From the NCBI GenBank assembly GCA_965235115.1, contig OZ249444.1, positions 23,746,001 through 23,809,640 of the forward strand: 63,640 nt of DNA, read 5' to 3'. Shown one piece after another: positions 40,108 through 51,271 of the stretch (positions are counted from its first letter, which is position 1; every line of letters starts with the position of its first letter). This stretch comes from Laetmonice hystrix (lineage: Eukaryota). The position numbers were made by a program, and so were the translations under genes. The notes beneath the pieces are model-generated. The model did no database searches and had not been told where the DNA came from. It saw nothing but the letters and a program-made list of their open reading frames with translations.

Positions 40108-41155
40108 AACACCTCCTCACAACATGCCTGTATCCTAGACAACAGTCACATACACCCTACCAACCTCACACCTCCTCTGTGGATACACACAAACTACTCA
40201 CCCCGTCCGTCCTGATCCCAACTAACATAACACCTCCTCACAGCATGCCTGTATCCTAGACAACAGTCACATACACCCTACCAACCTCACACCTCCTCTG
40301 TGGATACACACAAACTACTCACCCCGTCCGTCCTGATCCCAACTAACATAACACCTCCTCACAGCATGCCTGTATCCTAGACAACAGTCACATACACCCT
40401 ACCAACCTCACACCTCCTCTGTGGATACACACCCTCCGTCCCGATCCCAACTAACATAACACCTCCTCACAGCATGCCTGTATCCTAGACAACAGTCACA
40501 TACACCCTACCAACCTCACACCTCCTCTGTGGATACACACAAACTACTTATCCCCCTCCGTCCCGATCCCAACTAACATAACACCTCCTCACAGCATGCC
40601 TGTATCCTAGACAACAGTCACATACACCCTACCAACCTCACACCTCCTCTGTGGATACACACAAACTACTCACTCCCTCCGTCCCGATCCCAACTAACAT
40701 AACACCTCCTCACAGCATGCCTGTATCCTAGACAACAGTCACATACACCCTACCAACCTCACACCTCCTCTGTGGATACACACCCTCCGTCCCGATCCCA
40801 ACTAACATAACACCTCCTCACAGCATGCCTGTATCCTAGACAACAGTCACATACACCCTACCAACCTCACACCTCCTCTGTGGATACACACAAACTACTC
40901 ACCCCCTCCGTCCCGATCCCAACTAACATAACACCTTCTCACAGCATGCCTGTATCCTAGACAACAGTCACATACACCCTACCAACCTCACACCTTCTCT
41001 GTGGATACACACAAACTACTCACCCCCTCCGTCCCGATCCTAACTAACATAACACCTCCTCACAGCATGCCTGTATCCTAGACAACAGTCACATACACCC
41101 TACCAACCTCACACCTCCTCTGTGGATACACACCCTCCGTCCCGATCCCAACTAC
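40108..41155. repeat. Minisatellite with 121/108 bp units in a (long-long-short)x3 higher-order repeat
   Basis: Unit starts 40108, 40229, 40350, 40458, 40580, 40701, 40809, 40930, 41051. Confidence 0.96.
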
Positions 41156-42765
41156 CATACAACACGTGAAGCTCGTCTCTCTGCGGGGCAGTTAGCCCGA
41201 CACTATTCCCCATCTCCATAGACTACTTACAATCATTCGTATACTACTTAGAGTCATCCTCCTGGTGAGGTCTCAGACTGCGGGCTCTTTACGTCGCGCT
41301 CCCCACAAACAATCAACCCTTAACTCTGCCCACAGCCTACAGCCAGCGCTCCCTGGGGGCTAAGTAAGACAACAAACACCGATTTAACTTGAGGCTCTCC
41401 CACCGTCCTGGGACCACTAACAGTATGTGGTTCGCGGTGTAGGGGAACACGTCCAGGCCAAGTGGTGTCTGTCCGCAGTTAGATTGAGACAATCAGCGGT
41501 AACAATGGATAAACAATGGCGAGAATCTCAGCACTTACAAAGTCCCTACTGTATAAACCGAATGTCAACTCCCAGAACACAAATAACACCACTATTTCAG
41601 TATTCTGTGGTTCACAAGAACATATTTCTGTCGCCTGAACTCACTCTGTTTCACTGCTATAGATCTTTACCAACTATACGAGCATAACTTCTTTACTTCT
41701 CTGACATTGATGCTCCCTGAAGTCCAGCCATGACCATTATCTTATTTGATTTCCAAAACAGAATTCAATAAAAAGGTAAAAATGTGGTTTATTTTCCGAC
41801 ATTGGGGTTTCTTACTTTTCACTTGAGAAGACAACTAGCCCGATACGGCAATCTGTCCTTGAAGCCACCTCTTTGTTTTAATGAAACAGACTAAGGTTAC
41901 TGATACCACATACAAATCAGGGCCTCCGGGGTACAATTATTCATGACAATACCCCTCCCCCCTACTGGATTAAACAACAAGGCAGTCTTTACTAATGAAC
42001 ACTAACTACGCTGACAGCGCAAGGCGTGATGAAATAATATGATTTGGTGAAATCTGCCGAGTACAAGTCCCATGGGGTTGATAGGCCCTCCCCATTCAAT
42101 CTCTCCAACTACAGACTACCGGTGGGCTCGTCAGTGATAAACTGATCCAGCCTGGCTCTGTATAAACTCGGAGAATCTTTCTGTCGTCTATCACTCAATC
42201 TCATTCATTACAGCCGTGAATGCGATCACTGAGCTTACCTTCAAACCCTGTTAGATATTCTCTCCCTGTCTATTGGCCACCACAAGTAAGCCTTGCCTGT
42301 ATAAATCGTAGACTTTAGTAAGACATGAAACGTTGCTTTGATTGAGATTGTGCCCTTTCTGGAGGAAAAAAAGACAGAGAGCTGATGTTGAATGGTTGTG
42401 GCGTGGGAAGCAAAGCAAAGTATGTATCCATTCATCTGGCTCGGGACAGCCCGACTGACAGAAATAATGGCCATTCACCGCCGATCCTGATTGTTCCTGT
42501 GCCTGGAATGCAAATACGGCCGTCCAAAGGCTGGTGTTGGCCTCTACTGGTACCCTGTTTCCACACCCCTATAGATGGCAGGGGGTGGGGGGTAATCCCC
42601 CCGCTCTGTGCCGCGCACACGGACGACAGACAAAACTCTTTCTAAACACGGACAAAATATCCAATTTCTGTCCATGTTGAGGAGTTAGCCTCGGCGGATT
42701 TTCAATGCAGCTAGGGCTTCCGGATGGTAGCGCCTAATCCTGCGGCTTCCCCCTCCCCCTCCCGG

Positions 42766-43808
42766 TCCCGGCTGGACCAGGACCTGCTGCCCACAGCGCC
42801 GTACAGTACTGCCTATCCCCCTTCTTTCCCGGTCCGACCCGACCCTCTCCCTGCCCCCTCCCCCCTCCCCATGCCCCGGCTGGACCAGGACCTGCTGCCC
42901 ACAGCGCCGTACAGTCCTGCCTATCCCCCTTCTTTCCCGGTCCGACCCGACCCTCTCCCTGCCCCTCCCCCTCCCCCGGCTGGACCAGGACTTGCTGCCC
43001 ACAGCGCCGTACAGTCCTGCCTATCCCCCTTCTTTCCCGGTCCGACCCTCCCCCTCCCCCTCCCCCTCCCCCTCCCGGTTCCGGCTGGACCAGGACTTGC
43101 TGCCCAGAACACCGTACAGTCCTGCCTACCCCCTTCTTTCCCGGTCCGACCCTCCCCTCTCCCTGCCCCTCCCCCTCCCCCAGCCCCGGCTGGACCAGGA
43201 CCTGCTGCCCACAGCGCCGTACAGTCCTGCCTATCCCCCTTCTTTCCCGGTCCGACCCGACCCTCTCCCTGCCCCTCCCCCCTCCCCCAGCCCCGGCTGG
43301 ACCAGGGGGGTGTTTCAATAAGCGCGTCGGACCGTCCGACTGGCGACGGACAGTCCGTCGCTTGGTTGTAGGGCCTGCAATTTTTGGTCCGTCGCCGGTA
43401 GGACGGTCCGACGCGCTTATTGAAACACCCCCCTGGACCTGCTGCCCACAGCGCCGTACAGTCCTGCCTATCCCCCTTCTTTCCCGGTCCGACCCGACCC
43501 TCTCCCTGCCCCTCCCCCTCCCCCAGCCCCGGCTGGACCAGGACCTGCTGCCCACAGCGCCGTACAGTCCTGCCTATCCCCCTTCTTTCCCGGTCCGACC
43601 CGACCCTCTCCCTGCCCCTCCCCCCTCCCCATGCCCCGGCTGGACCAGGACCTGCTGCCCACAGCGCCGTACAGTTCTGCCTATCCCCCTTCATTCACGG
43701 TCCGACCCTCCCCTCTCGCTGCCCCCTCCCCCTCCCCCAGCCCCGGCTGGACCAGGACCTGCTGCCCACAGCGCCGTACAGTTCTGCCTATCCCCCTTCA
43801 TTCACGGT
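42766..43808. repeat. C-rich minisatellite, 100-108 bp unit, about 9.5 copies
   Basis: GGCTGGACC at 42770, 42878, 42978, 43083, 43188, 43295, 43531, 43638, 43745. Length variation lies mostly in the C-run linkers. Confidence 0.95.
43306..43432. mobile_element. 127-bp MITE, PIF/Harbinger-like
   Basis: Perfect 32-bp TIRs GGGGGTGTTTCAATAAGCGCGTCGGACCGTCC, extendable to 46 bp with 2 mismatches. Flanked by CAG and CTG. Neighbouring repeat units show the empty site GGAC-CAG-GACC, and this unit is 130 bp (127+3) longer than its neighbours. Confidence 0.88.
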
Positions 43809-44009
43809 CAGCCTATACCAGCAGGTCTCCACATACCTCCCACTCATTCCTCAGCCTAGTCCCTTAAAATCTCAAACTCTATAATTCCAGTGTAATTTCA
43901 CTGGGTTCAGAACGTAATCCTCCCCTCCCTCCGTTCACTATGCTCAGTGTGAGATAACAACCTCACCACAAAGTTGTAGTCTTTGTAAACTATTCTCTTC
44001 ACAACGTGC

Positions 44010-44226
44010 CAGTAAACCCGACACTGTATTCCAGTATCCCGTAGGCTGGGCTAGAAGTACCTACAGTAACCCCGACACTGTATTCCAGTATCCCGTAGGC
44101 TGGGCTAGGAGTACCTACAGTAACCCCGACACTATATTCCAGTATTCCGTAGGCTGGGCTAGGAGCACCTACAGTAACCCCAACACTGTATTCCAGTATC
44201 CCGTAGGCTGGGCTAGGAGTACCTAC
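44010..44226. repeat. Minisatellite, 54 bp unit, 4 copies
   Basis: CCCGACACTG at 44017 and 44071; the same unit continues for two more copies. Confidence 0.95.
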
Positions 44227-44751
44227 TTTATTGCTCAAAATGAGCAACTGTCATGATAGCTTTACTGCCATACATTACCCACCTCCAGGCAAAAACAGGC
44301 CACACGGAGATAAAACCCAATACACCGAAACGCTCTCAGCCTCGGACTCGCAATCATAAAGTCCACAATATCATGGAAATTAAAATTGCTGGCTCCGTCA
44401 TGAAATGCAGCCTGCTATTTGACACTAGTCTTTAATCACCACAGATATGATATTGGTCTTTAATATGCTCAGATAAAAAGACCCTCTCCTCTACCAGTGT
44501 CATGTTGACATGAGAACTACTCGACTGCCAAGCTGTCTCTGACTGTAGCGAACACACACTCCATGACCCTAACGTACCGGGACGACACTATGCAGGCCAA
44601 TTTTAATGTTTGAACGGTCTCGGCTTGGTCATGCCTGATAACATGTACAATCCTGACAACTTACAAACATGAAACATCTCCTTACTTCGCTCAAAACCTA
44701 CACGAATACTTTCTGTTGGAGTACCAGGTGCTGGAAGCTTTCCTGCTTGGT

Positions 44752-45648
44752 CCACTCTACCCTCCACATACCGTCCACTCTACCCTCCACATACCGTCCA
44801 CTCTACCCTCCACATACCGTCCACTCTACCCTCCACATACCGTCCACTCTACCCTCCACATGCCGTCCACTCTACCCTCCACATACCGTCCACTCTACCC
44901 TCCACATACCGTCCACTCTACCCTCCACATGCCGTCCACTCTACCCTCCACATGCCGTCCACTCTACCCTCCACATACCGTCCACTCTACCCTCCACATA
45001 CCGTCCACTCTACCCTCCACATACCGTCCACTCTACCCTCCACATACCGTCCACTCTACCCTCCACATACCGTCCACTCTACCCTCCACATACCGTCCAC
45101 TCTACCCTCCACATACCGTCCACTCTATCCTCCACATACCGTCCACTCTACCCTCCACATACCGTCCACTCTACCCTCCACATACCGTCCACTCTACCCT
45201 CCACATACCGTCCACTCTACCCTCCACATACCGTCCACTCTACCCTCCACATACCGTCCACTCTACCCTCCACATGCCGTCCACTCTACCCTCCACATGC
45301 CGTCCACTCTACCCTCCACATGCCGTCCACTCTACCCTCCACATGCCGTCCACTCTACCCTCCACATACCGTCCACTCTACCCTCCACATGCCGTCCACT
45401 CTACCCTCCACATACCGTCCACTCTACCCTCCACATACCGTCCACTCTACCCTCCACATACCGTCCACTCTACCCTCCACATACCGTCCACTCTACCCTC
45501 CACATACCGTCCACTCTACCCTCCACATACCGTCCACTCTACCCTCCACATACCGTCCACTCTACCCTCCACATACCGTCCACTCTACCCTCCACATACC
45601 GTCCACTCTACCCTCCACATACCGTCCACTCTACCCTCCACATACCGT
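44752..45648. repeat. Minisatellite, 23 bp unit, 39 copies
   Basis: CCACTCTACCCTCCACAT(A/G)CCGT; 897 bp = 39 x 23. Confidence 0.98.
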
Positions 45649-45874
45649 AACAGACTACAGAATTCCATATATTCCTTCCTACATCAATATCTCCAAGCCT
45701 ACTCCGACTGATGAATGAGGAAAACTATCATCGTTATTGTAAGGGGAGAAACTCATGTACGAGATGTATGATATTATAATATTTCGACCCGATTCTCTAT
45801 AACCCGACACAAAACACCCTTTTCATTCGCAAAAAGATATTAAAAGACTTTAAAACTAACTGTTCCTTACTTAC

Positions 45875-45916
45875 CCCTCGAAGGTCTGAACTAGGAAGAT
45901 TGAACAAGGTACATAC
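45875..45916 (-). other. Candidate recursive splice site with a 42-nt cryptic RS-exon (site B)
   Basis: Minus strand CTAAT GGTTGCATTATTTTTGTATTTTACAG|GTATGTACCTTGTTCAATCTTCCTAGTTCAGACCTTCGAGGG|GTAAGT. Branch point CTAAT about 27 nt upstream of the AG. Confidence 0.58.
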
Positions 45917-47272
45917 CTGTAAAATACAAAAATAATGCAACCATTAGTTTAACTGCTACAAAATCCAACATGATTGTTCACATCACCAACAAACAAACCC
46001 AGTGCTATCATAAACATGTTCACAAGTACGCACTACCTGACGTAACTACTAGTACGACAGCTCCACCTGGTGAGAGGATATTCCTGCTGTCCCCGCTCCG
46101 TCCTGATACGATTTTACACCACTGAACTTTTTTTTAACCAAACTATACTAACTGACAACATCTGTTTGGGAACCACAATACATTTTTAATATCGCAGTAC
46201 AGGCAATATTAAAATTTTTATTCCCGCAAGCTCCTGTAAACAAGAAATTATGGTAATTACCAGGAGAACAATGGTTTCTATAAAAACAAAGGTTTCTTAT
46301 AGCATCAGTCTGTGCTGAAAAAAAAGAAGAAAAAAACTTATATATATGAGCTGCTCTACAGAAAATGAGACAACAGATGTGGATTGCCTTGTGATAGAGA
46401 TATCCTATATGACATGAGCTTGTTTCAACGATTGACTACGGGAGGGAGAAAAAACCTATCCTCATTAAAAAGTTATTGCGATGTCACCCACCATGGATGT
46501 CTGCAATTACATTACAGTTTAGAGTTTAAATTAATATTAACATAAAATCAAGGATCAATATGTAGTCATTTCCAGAGGTTTATATTGGATTATTTTGGTG
46601 TTTTGTTATGACGGTATGGTAGACCCCTTGTATCACGTCGTGTTGCGTTTCGTTCCGAGTCCGGCAAATCCCGTACCGATCAGTCACGTCACCAAGATAC
46701 CGCTCGCCGAGCTATCTCCATGGATCCTTTGTCAGTACTAATCCTACCTAAACCCCTTCTGATCCTAATCCCATCATCATCTAGTGTCTCTATCTCATCC
46801 AATTTGAAGATAAACCATCTTCATTTCAGCCACAATAGCGTTATCTGGGAGTAGGCCTTTGTTGCCGTGTCTGGTAGGCACACCCCGGCGTCACGGCTCT
46901 AAGCTCTCCATGGGACGTTCGCTTACGTATGGATTGCTCTAGGCAGACTTCACCAATTAATCTGAATTTGACGCTATTAGAGCTTGAATTGCTCGGGTTC
47001 GGTTTTGATGACAAAGCTCCTGATTCATTTTGCTTGAAATTACACTTGGTACGAACTTTCCGGTGGTAGGCACTGGGTGGGTAATGGGACATATATAGGC
47101 AAGGATAGGTAATTAGGATGCTTTCAGAATATCAGCGATTTCTAAATACCGCTATCTCACAAACATCCTTCCGGTATTGACCGGACAAAATACGACATTA
47201 GAAAACTATCTCGAATGACCACAGAGATTGTGGTCAGTAGTCGAGTCTGGTAACCCATCCTGGATGTATTTT

Positions 47273-48160
47273 ACATAGATCTACCGGTATGCTGTATACC
47301 TTGGGTACACTGTAGGCAGAAGTCTACATTTGTACATAGATCTATGCTGTATACCTCGGGTACACTGTAGGCTGAAGTCTACATTTGTACATAGATCTAT
47401 GCTGTATACCTCGGGTACACTGTAGGCTGAAGTCTACATTTGTACATAGATCTATGCTGTATACCTCGGGTACACTGTAGGCTGAAGTCTACATTTGTAC
47501 ATAGATCTATGCTGTATACCTCGGGTACACTGTAGGCTGAAGTCTACATTTGTACATAGATCTATGCTGTATACCTCGGGTACACTGTAGGCTGAAGTCT
47601 ACATTTGTACATAGATCTATGCTGTATACCTCGGGTACACTGTAGGCTGAAGTCTACATTTGTACATAGATCTATGCTGTATACCTCGGGTACACTGTAG
47701 GCAGAAGTCTACATTTGTACATAGATCTATGCTGTATACCTCGGGTACACTGTAGGCAGAGGTCTACATTTGTACATAGATCTATGCTGTATACCTCGGG
47801 TACACTGTAGGCTGAAGTCTACATTTGTACATAGATCTATGCTGTATACCTCGGGTACACTGTAGGCTGAGATCTACATTTGTACATAGATCTATGCTGT
47901 ATACCTCGGGTACACTGTAGGCTGAAGTCTACATTTGTACATAGATCTATGCTGTATACCTCGGGTACACTGTAGGCTGAAGTCTACATTTGTACATAGA
48001 TCTATGCTGTATACCTCGGGTACACTGTCGGCAGAAGTCTACATTTGTACATAGATCTATGCTGTATACCTCGGGTACACTGTAGGCAGAGGTCTACATT
48101 TGTACATAGATCTATGCTGTATACCTCGGGTACACTGTAAGCAGAGGTCTACATTTGTAC
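47273..48160. repeat. Minisatellite, 55 bp unit, 16 copies
   Basis: TACATAGATCT at 47333, 47388 and every 55 bp after. Confidence 0.97.
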
Positions 48161-48893
48161 ACACGAGTATAAAGACATGGATCACTTTACCGTATAGACT
48201 CCCGACCAATTACAACTGCGACAATCTATCGCAATCACTTCAGATTTTCTTCCTCTTTTAGCTTTTTCCGCCCGATCACTCACTACTAACCACTCCAAAC
48301 GACAGGTGGAAGTAATTAGAAAATATATGATTTCACTAATGACCTCGACAAACCAACCTAGTCCAACCATAATGAATCAGTCCGCCTGCCCTCAATCGCG
48401 CACCTGTCAATCAAGTAGTAACCTGTGCATGTGGAGGACTCGACCCTCATCCATTCTGTTCACCCAGCCACAGGTCCCAGCCGGTCACGCTTCACTTCTC
48501 CCGGATAATTCTCACCAACTCTCCGCGTTATAACGATTGAATATCGGGGTCAGTGAAGGCGAAAGGAATCAGTCTTCATCGACCACAGAACTACTGGAGC
48601 GGGCCAGGGGTATGGTACACAACAGCAGCCGTCCTGGCAGGGGGTGGGCGGTAGGGGGTACAATGGTTTACCCCCAGTATTGAGGGGTCAGTGTAATGGG
48701 ACTAAGCGGGGTCATGGTATAGATCTTGGGGACCGGCACGGACGCTGGCAGTGTCGGTAGCGGCAATCACTCCAGGCGGTGGTCTCACTCAGGTGTGTAA
48801 TAGCTCCACGATCCCTCCTCCATCAGCCCTGACCTAGCCTGATTCCCACGCTTCATCTTGGAGGGTTCCATCACCAGGAAATGTCACCGCCTT

Positions 48894-48907
48894 GTTACCA
48901 TGGCAAC
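48894..48907. promoter_or_regulatory. Canonical RFX X-box
   Basis: GTTACCATGGCAAC, within the 22-bp near-palindrome CCTTGTTACCATGGCAACAAGG. Confidence 0.5.
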
Positions 48908-49312
48908 AAGGGTAGAATTACTTCCGGGATGGAAACTATTCTCAAACGTGTCGGGACCTATGAAAATGTATGATCCATTGGCCGAAGTAACATTGAATAT
49001 TTCTAATAGCCTAAACCTGAGCGCAAATATTCAGGGACTATCTGTCAATTATTCATGCCCAACCACCGCCAGCAAGACGACCATTAACGATGACAAAGCC
49101 CGACATGAAAAAGTACTTCATGGTTTGTCCCGATACTGTTTGAAAGTCGCCAGCCTTTGTAAGAGGCCTTGGCTGATTGAATGTAGCAATTCCGGCAACA
49201 GCGTCCAATTTGTCTGGGAATGACATGACTCGCAGCTTGACACGCGCCCCCTCCCCCGATAGGTACACTGCCCTTGTTGGCTTGTTTCCGTTGGAGGCGG
49301 GTGGGCCGGGCC

Positions 49313-49327
49313 GGGGGGGGGGGGGGG
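49313..49327. repeat. G15 homopolymer
   Basis: Direct reading. Confidence 0.85.
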
Positions 49328-49628
49328 TTGTTGTTGCTGTGGCGACCGACCAGCCTGCCACAGACACCTGGTATCATCTCCCAGGTAACGAGTTCACCTA
49401 ACCAGCTCCCCCCGCTGCCGTTAGTACCGGCACATGATGACGCATCACTTGTTTATTCTCAGTCGTCAGCTCCTCCTTCCTTTCCCCGATCTCCTGATTA
49501 TAACTTTCTCCTCGTCTCTACCTGGGCCAGGCGTAACGCTTCCTATTGACTGGCATGCTAAGAACCAATCAGAAGAGAGCTTACGCAACAACTTAAATCT
49601 TGAAAAACCCGGCCCTGACGGCGGTTCA

Positions 49629-49950
49629 AACATTCGTGTCTGATTGCACACCACGGCGGCCAGAATCTTTGACACATTCTAACAGATTACCTCCACCTAT
49701 TTATTACAAACACAACATTCGTGTCTGATTGCACACCGACCAGAATCCTTGACACATTCTAACAGATTACCTCCACGTATTTATTACAAACACAACATTC
49801 GTGTCTGATTGCACACCGACCAGAATCCTTGACACATTCTAACAGATTACCTCCACGTATTTATTACAAACACAACATTCGTGTCTGATTGCACACCGGC
49901 CAGAATCCTTGACACATTCTAACAGATTACCTCCACCTATTTATTACAAA
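49629..49950. repeat. Minisatellite, 80 bp unit (first copy 85 bp), 4 copies
   Basis: AACATTCGTG at 49629, 49714, 49794, 49874. Confidence 0.95.
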
Positions 49951-50545
49951 CCGTCACCATGCCCCAATTCCAACTAAATATCCAGAGCGGGTTGTTTCAG
50001 CAATTCCAAATGTCCCGTTCCTTCCTGATAACAGTTGCATTAAGTCGCCATCCGGACATAAATGTGTGTCAATTCGTTCATGTATCCGATTCGTTCGCCT
50101 TCCAACAGGCCGGGTGGGTAAGGGTGGGATATTGTTCTGTCAACTCCTTCCTCTCACCCTGCCTTAAGATGACAGCAGAACCAATTGACAGATGTCATCT
50201 TAACCTGTGGATCCCTCAACTACTGCGTGCCACTTCTATAGCAGCACGACGGCCGCCACTGTCTGGCCAAGCCAAACACACAACCACCTGCCAGCAGGCA
50301 TTACTGCTGGACATCCACTCATCTCTAGGCATTTCCAGGACGAGCATTAGGACTGACAGGTGATGATGGCTGGCTGGGATCCGGGCCTGGGGAGCCAGAG
50401 AGTGGCAACACAATGGATCCCGTGGTAGGCATTCCCTATCGCTGTCTCCCACTGGAAGCGGACTTCATGCTCTGTTAGCAGTTCTCTCCACGGACCGACA
50501 GGATCGGTCCCAGATTGGGGACACGGCCGGTTGGAGGTGTCTCAC

Positions 50546-50750
50546 TAAAAGTCCCTGCCCAGCGACATCCACAAACAGGCGACATTTCTGGTCAGTGAGT
50601 CGACTTCAAGAGTGTCTCCGGGGTATTTCCTGATCAGCGACTTCACCAATTGGTGAGGGACAATCTTAGTGAGACAGGGAAGCTGACTGGTAGGGTTGAC
50701 CACCAGGGATGAGCAGTCAAAGTCCTCGGGTCTGATTGACTCGACTCCAA
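50546..50750 (-). CDS. Candidate internal coding exon, product unknown
   Basis: GCTTGCAG|TT GGA GTC... open for 67 codons (GVESIRPEDFDCSSLVVNPTSQLPCLTKIVPHQLVKSLIRKYPGDTLEVDSLTRNVACLWMSLGRDF), ending at TA|GTGAGA just before the in-frame stop. About 25 of 68 codons end in C. No recognisable domain. Confidence 0.3.
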
Positions 50751-51192
50751 CTGCAAGCCATCTACCAAAAGTAGTTCTAAATTTCATGCAATACATTTTT
50801 TAAGGTTCAGCTATGATATTCTATTAAGCAGATCGACCTTAGAGTAAGGATGTCGGAAGCGAATCGTAAGGAAACATTGCATTCTGGATCAATACCAGCC
50901 AGTCTTGTTTCTTTTAGACTATATTCCTGTCCCCTGAAGAAGACAAATGTAACCAAAACAGTCAGACAATTTAGTTTGTCTGAAACAGTCGTCCTCCCTG
51001 ACGTATGGCAGTAATTCCTGCCTTGGTAAGATTATAAATACACATACACTGCCGCCACAGGTTTTAGCTTGGCTTGCCTAGACAAGGAGCAGTGCTTTAT
51101 TTTACTCTATACGTCTATTGTCATTTGGTAAGTCTCTCATTCGTTGAATTGAGCCAAATTTGATTAAAGCGGCAAAACAAAGCCAGTAAAGT

Positions 51193-51195
<3 letters not shown>

Positions 51196-51267
<72 letters not shown>
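51196..51267. repeat. (CT)36 microsatellite
   Basis: Direct reading; explains the ERERER ORF. Confidence 0.97.

Positions 51268-51271
<4 letters not shown>

Noticed and set aside
46261-46314. 54-nt minus-strand exon candidate 345 bp upstream of site B
   Set aside because: The pyrimidine tract is just a homopolymer-rich run, the donor GTAATT is moderate, and joining to site B in its only open phase gives a stop. Kept as a caveat: site B could be an ordinary UTR exon.
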